Program-made: the position numbers and the translations under genes
Assembly (NCBI GenBank): GCA_042571405.1
Contig: JBHPHU010000003.1
Coordinates: 3,838-67,837, forward strand
Direction: 5' to 3'
DNA: 64,000 bases
DNA from: Candidatus Omnitrophota bacterium
Lineage (GTDB): Bacteria > Omnitrophota > Gorgyraeia > Gorgyraeales > Gorgyraeaceae
Notes under the pieces: model-generated
Told to the model about the DNA's origin: nothing
What the model saw: the letters and a program-made list of their open reading frames with translations, nothing else
Databases searched by the model: none
Shown: positions 17,449 to 25,379 of the stretch, piece after piece
Position numbering within the stretch: position 1 is the first letter of the stretch
Layout of the letters: every line of letters begins with the position of its first letter

Positions 17449-18885
17449 TTATTTTAATAATTCCTTCGAGAATATATTGTCAAGGCCCAGGATGCATGCC
17501 GGATCCAAAGATTTTTTTAAAGCTGCCATCTGCTCGATATTCTTTTTTCCGTACATGGCTTCAAGAAAGGCGTGTTTGAGTTTTCCTATACCGTGTTCCG
17601 CAGATGCGGTGCCCCCTAAACTTACAGCCTTTTTTACAAAATCCATATAGATAGAACGGCTCTTCGAAAATTCCGCCTCTGTTTTTGGGAGCATGTTTAC
17701 ATGCATGTGGTTTTCGCCTATATGGCCGAATATCAAAGATTCGATTTCCGAGGAGGATAATTTTTCTTTATAAAACGCAAACATCTCAGAGAACGCATTC
17801 TCAGGTACGGCTATATCTGTCCCTACTTTGGGGAGTTTATTTCTTTTTATAATTTCATTTATAGTTTCAGGTAGCGCATGCCTGAATTCCCATAGTTTTT
17901 GCCTTTCCTGTTCAGAATCCGCGAAAAAACTTTTTTCTATAAGGGCATTGTGCTTTTCAAGTAACTCCATCCACGATTCCGCGACAGACTCTTCCTTATC
18001 CTTTTTATAATCCTGCTCAAAATAAACCAGGGCCTTTGCGTCAATCGGGATGTTTCTATGTTTTGCGCGTAAGAGATTCAATGAATTTTCATCCATATAT
18101 TCTATAGACAGCGCATTTTTTGTTTTTGCGTCTTTCACGAAGGAGAGCGCGTTGTTTTCATTTGAGAAGAAGCTGAAAAAACTCATGATCGCTTCCGGTT
18201 TCTTCCCAATGGCAACATCTGCTTCAATGAGAAAACCCAAAGTCCCTTCCTGTCCTATAAACAGGTCTATTATATCCATATTTTCTTTTACATAATAACC
18301 TGCCGCGCTTTTTATATCAGGCATAGAGTATTGCGGGATTTTTATTTTTATTGTTTCAAGAGAGAAAGCACTCCCTTTATTGACAAAATATTTTCCGCGT
18401 TTTATGTCTAATATCTGGCCTGTAGATAAAATAAGACGTAACCGTTTTATATAATTCCGCGTAGATCCGTATCTGAATCCTTTTGCGCCGCATGCATTTG
18501 TTGAAATGGTACCTCCCAGGAAGGCGTTTGGCTCAGTAGGGTCCGGTAGGTAGGCAAGACCTTTTTTAGAGAGCTCTGTCTGCAGATCAGATAGTCTTAC
18601 GCCAGGTTGCAGCGTAGCAATGAGATTTTTTTCGTCTATATCAATAATTTTATTGAGCGAATCCGTAGCGAGGATTGATCCTCCGAATGGGACCCTGGCT
18701 CCGGTCACGCCCGTACCACCGCCTGAAATAGTCAAAGGAGTATTTTTCCTTGATGCGTCCGCGAGGATATCGATAGCATCTTTCTCGTTTTCAGGTATTA
18801 AGACCTCGTCGGCATAACCGTCTCTGAGCCCCGACTCATCCTCAAAATAAGACTTGATAATATCCTTGTCTCTCTTTATAATCAT
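17449..18885 (-). CDS. FAD-linked oxidase (GlcD / D-lactate dehydrogenase family, PCMH FAD-binding + C-terminal oxidase domain)
   Basis: 478 aa; FAD-binding type-2 domain (LTISGGGTGVTGARVPFGGSILATDSLNKIIDIDEKNL), C-terminal ...HGIGKLKHAFL typical of GlcD/D-LDH. Confidence 0.8.
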   Translation of the reverse strand: MIIKRDKDIIKSYFEDESGLRDGYADEVLIPENEKDAIDILADASRKNTPLTISGGGTGVTGARVPFGGSILATDSLNKIIDIDEKNLIATLQPGVRLSDLQTELSKKGLAYLPDPTEPNAFLGGTISTNACGAKGFRYGSTRNYIKRLRLILSTGQILDIKRGKYFVNKGSAFSLETIKIKIPQYSMPDIKSAAGYYVKENMDIIDLFIGQEGTLGFLIEADVAIGKKPEAIMSFFSFFSNENNALSFVKDAKTKNALSIEYMDENSLNLLRAKHRNIPIDAKALVYFEQDYKKDKEESVAESWMELLEKHNALIEKSFFADSEQERQKLWEFRHALPETINEIIKRNKLPKVGTDIAVPENAFSEMFAFYKEKLSSSEIESLIFGHIGENHMHVNMLPKTEAEFSKSRSIYMDFVKKAVSLGGTASAEHGIGKLKHAFLEAMYGKKNIEQMAALKKSLDPACILGLDNIFSKELLK

Positions 18886-18919
18886 ATCTATAATCTATCA
18901 TAGGAAGGAAATATTTACA

Positions 18920-19279
18920 ATGGCGACTTTTTTAAGTTTAATTATTGGCGCATTAGCAGGCGTAGCCAGTGGTTTTTTTGGTATAGGCGGGGCAGTGGTG
19001 ATGGTGCCGCTTTTAGTATGTCTGTTTAAGTTTCCACAGCATTATGCGCAAGGCACTGCCCTTGTCGCGCTTCTTCTGCCCATTGGTATCCTGGCAGTCA
19101 TTAGATATTATCATGCGGGAAATGTAAATATAAAGATAGGTTTGTTTATAAGCCTTGGATTTTTTATAGGAGGGTTTTTTGGGGCGCATTTAGCGCATTT
19201 ATTGCCACAGTTAGCTCTTAAAAGGCTTTTTGGAGTCCTGCTTTTAGGGCTTTCCGTATATATGTTAATGGGTAAATAA
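18920..19279 (+). CDS. TauE/SafE (DUF81) family half-size membrane protein
   Basis: ORF track start 18854 overlaps the divergent gene; ATG 18920 with AGGAAGGA RBS gives MATFLSLIIGALAGVASGFFGIGGAVVMVPLL... (4 TM, GxGGG motif). Confidence 0.6.
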   Translation: MATFLSLIIGALAGVASGFFGIGGAVVMVPLLVCLFKFPQHYAQGTALVALLLPIGILAVIRYYHAGNVNIKIGLFISLGFFIGGFFGAHLAHLLPQLALKRLFGVLLLGLSVYMLMGK

Positions 19280-20406
19280 TGATAAAATCCAATCCTTTTA
19301 CGCCACAGTCAGGGTGGGAGCCGCGCATATTTGGCGGCAGAGAAGAGAACCTTTCTCTTTTTAAATCCAATCTGGGAGATGCGATTTCAGTCAGGCCAAA
19401 TCATTTAGTTGCGCTGGGAGAGTGGGGCATAGGCAAGACTTCTCTTCTTAAACAGTTCAGGAGGATTGCTCAAGAGCAGGGGCATCCATCATGTTTTTGT
19501 TCTCTCTCGAGATTTACAAAAAATGATAAACCTTTAAGCGCTATTCATCTTATTGCTGAAGAGATGCTTATGGGTTTTCCAAATTCCGGCGCAGATCCGG
19601 AAAAGCTCCTAGAAGGATTTTCCAAAAGAAAATCGCTTGCGCAAGCGCAGACGCACTTTACAAAATTTCTCCTGGAGCTCTGGAAGACGCTGGATGCAAA
19701 ACTGGCAGTGGTGATGCTGGATGATCTGCAGAATCTTTTGCCTATCTCGAATACGATCGATATTCTCAGGGCTGTCTTGAGTAAGGATGAAATTATTCGT
19801 AATACGCGATTCTTATTCGTACTTTCTTCTACGCCGGCCGGATGGTCGAGCTTTTTAGATAAGCACGATCCTATCGGCAGGTTTTTCAGAAAACGCATGA
19901 ATGTAGAGAATCTTGATAAAGAAGAAGTTTCAGGGCTCGTTAGTCAGACATTACAGGATACAGGCGTAGATTTTGATGAAGAGGTAAAGGGCAGGATATT
20001 TGATCATACAGACGGTCATCCTTACGAGGTGCAGCTTTTATCCAGCCACTTATATGACGGCCAGATAGCAGGAAAGGTTGATATCTGTACATGGGATAAC
20101 GCGCTTGGTAATACCTTGAAGGAGCTGGGAAGAGATTATTTTAATACATTGTTTGCCAGGGCAAGTGACAGGGAAAAGGATTTATTGAGGGTGCTCTCCG
20201 AAGAGAAAAAGCCGCTTTCCCTAAAGGATTTCAGGACAATGATGATAGTGGGTAGGCACGCGAAGAAATTCCCGGTCGCGAATATAAAGAATTTTCTTTA
20301 CAGATTAGAAGAAAAAGGTATTATAAGTAGAAACGAAAAAGGGAGTTTTAATATCCCTGATCGGATGTTCAGGGAATTTGTTTTAAGAAAGGAGAATGAG
20401 AAATGA
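19279..20406 (+). CDS. P-loop ATPase (AAA+/ORC-Cdc6-like 'ATP-binding protein' with C-terminal winged-helix)
   Basis: Walker A LGEWGIGKTSLL, Walker B VVMLDDLQNL; TAATG overlap with upstream gene. Confidence 0.6.
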   Translation: MIKSNPFTPQSGWEPRIFGGREENLSLFKSNLGDAISVRPNHLVALGEWGIGKTSLLKQFRRIAQEQGHPSCFCSLSRFTKNDKPLSAIHLIAEEMLMGFPNSGADPEKLLEGFSKRKSLAQAQTHFTKFLLELWKTLDAKLAVVMLDDLQNLLPISNTIDILRAVLSKDEIIRNTRFLFVLSSTPAGWSSFLDKHDPIGRFFRKRMNVENLDKEEVSGLVSQTLQDTGVDFDEEVKGRIFDHTDGHPYEVQLLSSHLYDGQIAGKVDICTWDNALGNTLKELGRDYFNTLFARASDREKDLLRVLSEEKKPLSLKDFRTMMIVGRHAKKFPVANIKNFLYRLEEKGIISRNEKGSFNIPDRMFREFVLRKENEK

Positions 20407-20594
20407 AGGTAAAGGTAGATGCAGAGTTGTGCGTTGGTTGTGGTTTATGCGTAAATACGTCTCCAGAGCTTTTTGAAATGAAAGAAGACAAAGCAATCCT
20501 AAAGACAGAGACAGACTTAGTTCCCGCAGGACAGGAAGAATCTTGCAAGCAGTCAAAAGACGAATGTCCTGTCGAGGCAATTATTATAGAATGA
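20403..20594 (+). CDS. small 4Fe-4S ferredoxin
   Basis: 63 aa; CVGCGLCVNTSP...CPVEAI single-cluster ferredoxin pattern; ATGA overlap with ATPase gene. Confidence 0.8.
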   Translation: MKVKVDAELCVGCGLCVNTSPELFEMKEDKAILKTETDLVPAGQEESCKQSKDECPVEAIIIE

Positions 20595-20599
20595 GGTAG

Positions 20600-20680
20600 T
20601 TCTCGACTCACTTCGTTCGCTCGAACAATATTACAATTTAATATTCTTCGAGCGATGCGCCGCAGGCGCAGAGTCGAGAA
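20600..20680. repeat. Family-B foldback/MITE-like intergenic repeat, copy 1 (TTCTCGAC...GCTCGAACAATATT...AATATTCTTCGAGC...GTCGAGAA)
   Basis: Nested inverted repeats; related copies at ~35613-35712, ~42232-42301, ~45984-46054, each immediately 3' of a + strand gene. Confidence 0.7.
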
Positions 20681-20782
20681 GATACAACTAGTTTTTCTTA
20701 GATAAGATTCTTCGGAAGCAGAAGATGGCAAGGGACATGATGCTTATCCATGATATGGAGAGTATTAGCCAGCCAAAGATAT

Positions 20783-22342
20783 TCATATCTCAGCCTTCTT
20801 TTGCGCTCGTTTTTTCCACGCTATTCTAACCATAATACCGAGTGTCAAAAACATACCTATAAGCATGAGCCGTATGCCTAATACATACGGCTTATCCGCT
20901 TCGCTTATACCCTTCATCATTATTGTAGGAATGCCATGCTGGTAAAACCAGAATCCAAGTATACAGAATAAAAATAAAGGCGTTACGTATTTTATTATAA
21001 ATTTATAGATTTCCGGTATCTTAAGATCTGCGCCGTGATGTATTTCTTCCCATGCCTTTTCTATGCCAAACACCCAGCCAAATAAGATTGTTTCAACTGT
21101 AGCGAAAAGCACGAGACAGAATGTGCCGCCCCAGAAATCCAACTCATTTACAGCTCCATGCTTTAAGAAGAGTATAGCTGGCTGGCAGAGAATGAAAGAC
21201 ACTATTCCAAAGATGATGACAGCTTTTTTCTTTGAGATATTGAATTCATCTTCGAGAAATGCGATGCTGGGCTGCGCAAGAGACACGGAAGAAGTGATCC
21301 CTGCCAGGAATAAAAGCGTAAACCACAGGCATCCAAAAAACGCGCTAAGGGCAATCTTCTGAAATATTAAAGGCATTGTCACAAATCCGAGATTAAACGC
21401 GCCGCCAGCTGCTATAGCCTGTATCTTGTGCGGGCCAAAAAATATGTACGCGGCCGGTATTATAATGGATGAACCAAGTATGATCTCGGCAAATTCATTT
21501 GTGCTTGCAGCTGTCAGGCCTGAGAGCGCGACATCATCTGTTTTCTTAAGGTAACTCGCGTAGGTCAATATTACGCCTATGCCAACGCTGAGCGTAAAAA
21601 ATATTTGTCCGGCTGCTGCGAGCCATACCTTTGCATTTTTTAAAGAGTTAAAATCAGGATTCCATAAAAACCCAAGACCATTTACTACATTCCATTCGGG
21701 TCTTGATGGATCAGGAGTACCTAAAGTTAAAACTCTTACAGCAATTATTATGCCGAATATCAAAAGTGCGGGCATTGCGATCTTGCAGAGTTTTTCAATG
21801 CCTCCGGAAATGCCTTTATAAATAATCAGTATGTTTATGATAAAGGTGATAAGGAAGAATAGGTATGCAGACTGCATATTTGAGAAAAATTGGTTTTTCT
21901 CAATGCCCTGGAAGCCTTTGAGGAGCGACATCATGCTTTCCTGGTCAGCAAGTTGCCCGTATTTCCCAACCGCTGAAAATACAGCATAGGCAAGCGTCCA
22001 TGACGCAATGTAGTTATAGTAGATGAAGATGACAAGCGGCCCAAATATACCTATTACTCCGAAGTACTTAATAAAGCGATTTTTCTCCCACATGGTATGA
22101 AAGATACCAGGCGCAGTGCCATGGCCGAACCCTCCGCCAAACCTCCCAATAGTCCATTCTATCCACATAAGGGGAATGCCGAGCAGGAGGAGCGAGATAA
22201 AATACGGTATCATAAACGCGCCGCCGCCATTCTGCGCCGCCTGCACAGGAAACCGCAAAAAGTTCCCCAGCCCCACAGCGCTCCCGGCAACAGCCATGAT
22301 AATACCAATCCTGGATTTCCAACTATCTCGCTTCTTTCTCAT
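20783..22342 (-). CDS. sodium-dependent transporter, neurotransmitter:sodium symporter (SNF/NSS) family
   Basis: 519 aa, 11-12 TM; N-terminal [28 protein letters not shown] signature of NSS family. Confidence 0.85.
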   Translation of the reverse strand: MRKKRDSWKSRIGIIMAVAGSAVGLGNFLRFPVQAAQNGGGAFMIPYFISLLLLGIPLMWIEWTIGRFGGGFGHGTAPGIFHTMWEKNRFIKYFGVIGIFGPLVIFIYYNYIASWTLAYAVFSAVGKYGQLADQESMMSLLKGFQGIEKNQFFSNMQSAYLFFLITFIINILIIYKGISGGIEKLCKIAMPALLIFGIIIAVRVLTLGTPDPSRPEWNVVNGLGFLWNPDFNSLKNAKVWLAAAGQIFFTLSVGIGVILTYASYLKKTDDVALSGLTAASTNEFAEIILGSSIIIPAAYIFFGPHKIQAIAAGGAFNLGFVTMPLIFQKIALSAFFGCLWFTLLFLAGITSSVSLAQPSIAFLEDEFNISKKKAVIIFGIVSFILCQPAILFLKHGAVNELDFWGGTFCLVLFATVETILFGWVFGIEKAWEEIHHGADLKIPEIYKFIIKYVTPLFLFCILGFWFYQHGIPTIMMKGISEADKPYVLGIRLMLIGMFLTLGIMVRIAWKKRAQKKAEI

Positions 22343-22485
22343 ATAGAGAAAATTATACTCAATATATATAGATATGTCAAATTAAGAGCAGGATGTTTAA
22401 TAACAATTTAACAATAATTAGAGCTTGAATAGATATGTTTTTGTGATAAACTGTTGTTAATGATTGTAAAACAAAGAGGATTAAT

Positions 22486-22779
22486 ATGAAGAAAATCGAA
22501 CAGCTTAGAAGAAAATTAACACGATATAAATCTGAATTACAACATGATTTCCGGGTAAAAGAGATTGGTATATTTGGTTCATATCTAAGAGGAGAAGAGA
22601 GAAAGAATAGCGATTTAGATATTCTTGTGGAATTTGAAGAATCCCCTAGTTTATTTAAATTTATACAGCTTGAGCATTATCTGGAGGGACTTCTAAAGGT
22701 TAAGGTTGATTTAGTAATGAGAGATGCCTTGAAACCTGTTATAGGTGAACGTATAATGCACGAGGTTATTTATTCATGA
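22486..22779 (+). CDS. nucleotidyltransferase-domain antitoxin (MNT of HepT/MNT toxin-antitoxin pair)
   Basis: 97 aa; GIFGSYLRGEERKNSDLDILVEF = GS-x9-DxD Pol-beta NTase motif. Confidence 0.8.
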   Translation: MKKIEQLRRKLTRYKSELQHDFRVKEIGIFGSYLRGEERKNSDLDILVEFEESPSLFKFIQLEHYLEGLLKVKVDLVMRDALKPVIGERIMHEVIYS

Positions 22780-23117
22780 CAAGGGAATATAAAGATTATC
22801 TGATGGATATAATTGGGGCCATTGAGAGAATAGAAGAATTTACTCATGGTATAACAGCTAAAGGTTTTGAGAAAGATGAAAAGACAATATTTGCTGTGAT
22901 AAGAGCGTTGGAAGTTATTGGAGAAGCAGCAAAAAAGATTCCTTTACCCGTGAGAAAAAAATATTCGCAAATCCCGTGGTTAGAAATCACAGGAATGCGC
23001 AATAAGCTTATTCATGAGTATTTTGGCGTGAATGTTAAAGTTATCTGGAATACCGTCAAAGAAGATATTCCATCCATAAAACCCCTCATAAAACAGATTG
23101 CAGAAGATATTCAGTAA
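22776..23117 (+). CDS. HepT-like (DUF86) RNase toxin
   Basis: 113 aa; RNKLIHEY = Rx4HxY HEPN motif; 4-nt overlap with MNT gene. Confidence 0.8.
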   Translation: MTREYKDYLMDIIGAIERIEEFTHGITAKGFEKDEKTIFAVIRALEVIGEAAKKIPLPVRKKYSQIPWLEITGMRNKLIHEYFGVNVKVIWNTVKEDIPSIKPLIKQIAEDIQ

Positions 23118-23129
23118 GTCCAAAGCGAA

Positions 23130-23330
23130 TCAGTGATTTTGACTCGGCAGAGGAAATGGTATCATAAACGCGCCGCCGCCATTCTGCGCCGCCTGCACAG
23201 GAAACCGCAAAAAGTTCCCCAGCCCCACAGCGCTCCCGGCAACAGCCATGATAATACCAATCCTGGATTTCCACGCATCCCGCTTTTTTCTCATATAGAA
23301 AAGTATACTTGGTGGGATTTTATGTGTCAA
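23130..23330 (-). pseudogene. duplicated 5' fragment of the SNF transporter gene (first ~44 codons + upstream sequence)
   Basis: ~140 bp (approx. 23158-23297) nearly identical to approx. 22205-22342; encodes [46 protein letters not shown] then diverges; flanks the HepT/MNT cassette. Confidence 0.7.
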
Positions 23331-23413
23331 GGAAAAGACAAAGACACCTTCCCGAACAAATCCAAGACAGCTTCTCGAACGACTTGGTAGACGTCTCCAT
23401 TGTCCAAAGGGGA

Positions 23414-24364
23414 TTATATTTTTGTTTGTAGTTTTATTGTTTGTAGTTTTTGTTCGGCTCTGTTGTAACGCATTAACTGTGGAGTTTTTATTTGATCGGT
23501 ATTTATAACGTAGTCAAACTTTCCTTCAGCAATATCTTTATTATAATAGTCATATATCCCAGATAAGGTTGATATTGTTGCGTATAACCATCTTTCCAGA
23601 GCTGATCCCCCTTCTTTTTCTAATCTATTTTTAATACGCTGTTTAATTAATAAAGATTTACATAACACACAAATAGATTTTCCTTTTATTTTCTTAGACA
23701 TTCCACCAAATAGTTTTCGGGCAATAGGCCCTTCGATAATAATAAGAGTTTTTTTCGTTAACTCGAAGACTACTGTTTTAAGAACAGTCTTGTTAAAAGC
23801 TGTATGAAAGGCAGGGTCTTTAAGCTCCATTTCTTTTGTAAAAGTTTCATCCGGGCTTTTTTCCAATAAATCTAATGATGCAGCAAGCCATTTTTTAAAC
23901 GCAGTTACTTTTTTTAAGTCAAAGAAGAGCTTAAAAGCAGCATCGTTTCTACCTGGCCATGCTCCTCTGATCATATCAAATAGATATACCAGAAGCTGTG
24001 AAGGTTTAGGAGACGAGGTGTTGACAAAAAGATCAGAAGAAACATATAAAATATGGTAGTCTTGGCTGGCAAATTCTTGAATTTTTTCAGCCAAAGTGCT
24101 CTTGCCGCCACTAGAGACCCCATCTATAATAACCATTGAAACGAGTTTGTCATTTTCAGGAGCTACATTCTTTGTAATTTCTTCGACAATGGTGTTATTG
24201 TAACCTGGCAGTGTTTTTGTAGTTTTATCAGGGCGGTTTGTGAATCTAACAGGAACCCTAAGCCTGCTATTCGAAGCACTACAATATGTCCTAGCATCAC
24301 TAATAAGTAATGCAAATATCAGCAATAAAATCGTGTTAAAAAATATTTTTTTAATTCTCTTCAT
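23414..24364 (-). CDS. P-loop kinase-like protein (nucleoside/dephospho-CoA-kinase-like fold) with N-terminal signal/anchor + LRVP motif
   Basis: Walker [18 protein letters not shown]; N-terminus [24 protein letters not shown]...SRLRVPVRF. Confidence 0.45.
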   Translation of the reverse strand: MKRIKKIFFNTILLLIFALLISDARTYCSASNSRLRVPVRFTNRPDKTTKTLPGYNNTIVEEITKNVAPENDKLVSMVIIDGVSSGGKSTLAEKIQEFASQDYHILYVSSDLFVNTSSPKPSQLLVYLFDMIRGAWPGRNDAAFKLFFDLKKVTAFKKWLAASLDLLEKSPDETFTKEMELKDPAFHTAFNKTVLKTVVFELTKKTLIIIEGPIARKLFGGMSKKIKGKSICVLCKSLLIKQRIKNRLEKEGGSALERWLYATISTLSGIYDYYNKDIAEGKFDYVINTDQIKTPQLMRYNRAEQKLQTIKLQTKI

Positions 24365-24377
24365 AAATGTTCTTCTT

Positions 24378-24971
24378 TTATATTGCTTTGCGCATTGCGC
24401 TTGAATTGATATCTTGATTGTTTTTGTCTTTTTTCCTATCTATTAGCACAAAAGTAATAGGTGAAAGGCTGTTTTTCGTGCGTATGTTATTTAGGATGCC
24501 GTGGATATTAGCGTACTCAGAAGATGTAACAACTATTAAGTCATGTTCTATCAGTAAGTTATCTTGAGCAAACTCTTTTTTAAATTTTTCGATATCCAAT
24601 GTTTTTCTGATCTTATAAGGCGCAGTAAAACCTTTTTCTTTGATATATGTTTTGATTTGTTTGATGCGTTTTTTTAATTTTTGGATTTTATGGTCCTTGC
24701 GATTATTTGCAAGAGTATCTCCTGTAACGTAAATCAGCACCAATTTACCAGGAATTTTAAAGATAGCATCTATATAGGTTTTATGCCCATCGTGAAATAG
24801 GTCAAATGTGCCACCTCCTATTATAATACTTTCCTGTTTAGCTTTCGATAAAAGGGGAACTCTTAACCCAAATTTATTCGCAGGTTCGGCACAGATTAAA
24901 TTTCCCGAAAAAAATAATCCTATGATACACAATATGATTTTAGAATTATAATATTTTTTTAAATAAAGCAT
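24378..24971 (-). CDS. cytidylyltransferase-like (HxGH nucleotidyltransferase, TagD/PPAT-like) protein with N-terminal signal/anchor + LRVP motif
   Basis: GGGTFDLFHDGH (GxFDxxHxGH) motif as in glycerol-3-phosphate cytidylyltransferase/PPAT; N-terminus ...ILCIIGLFFSGNLICAEPANKFGLRVPLLSK. Confidence 0.55.
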   Translation of the reverse strand: MLYLKKYYNSKIILCIIGLFFSGNLICAEPANKFGLRVPLLSKAKQESIIIGGGTFDLFHDGHKTYIDAIFKIPGKLVLIYVTGDTLANNRKDHKIQKLKKRIKQIKTYIKEKGFTAPYKIRKTLDIEKFKKEFAQDNLLIEHDLIVVTSSEYANIHGILNNIRTKNSLSPITFVLIDRKKDKNNQDINSSAMRKAI

Positions 24972-25342
24972 AATCCTCGATAAAAAACTTCTTTCTAATT
25001 AAAATCTGGAATAGCCTGTTTATATTATTTAAAATATAATTATACCATAAAATACAGGATTGTAAATGAGAAAAATAAAATCTTTTAAAAAAGATTTACA
25101 ACTAAGTTATTTTTAGCAAAGTAACACTTTTGACACTGTCAAAGCGGAAGTAGTATCGGATAAGTTTTTAAAGATATTCTGCAACCTATGGCTTGAGAAG
25201 GAATTTACGATACAAAGCGGAGCAGACAGCTATCAGAGGAACGACACAAGTGTGAGCGGGAGGATCCACGCCGGGTCCCGTACCTACAGTTATGGGGCGG
25301 AGGGGCCTGCGAACAGAATACCCCTAGCTGCACTTCCACTGC

Positions 25343-25378
25343 TTGACATATATTGTAGATAGGTTAGAATACTATATA
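25343..25378 (+). promoter_or_regulatory. sigma70-like promoter TTGACA-16-TAGAAT upstream of helicase gene
   Basis: ttgacatatattgtagataggttagaatactatatatATG; ATG at 25380. Confidence 0.45.
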
Positions 25379-25379
25379 T

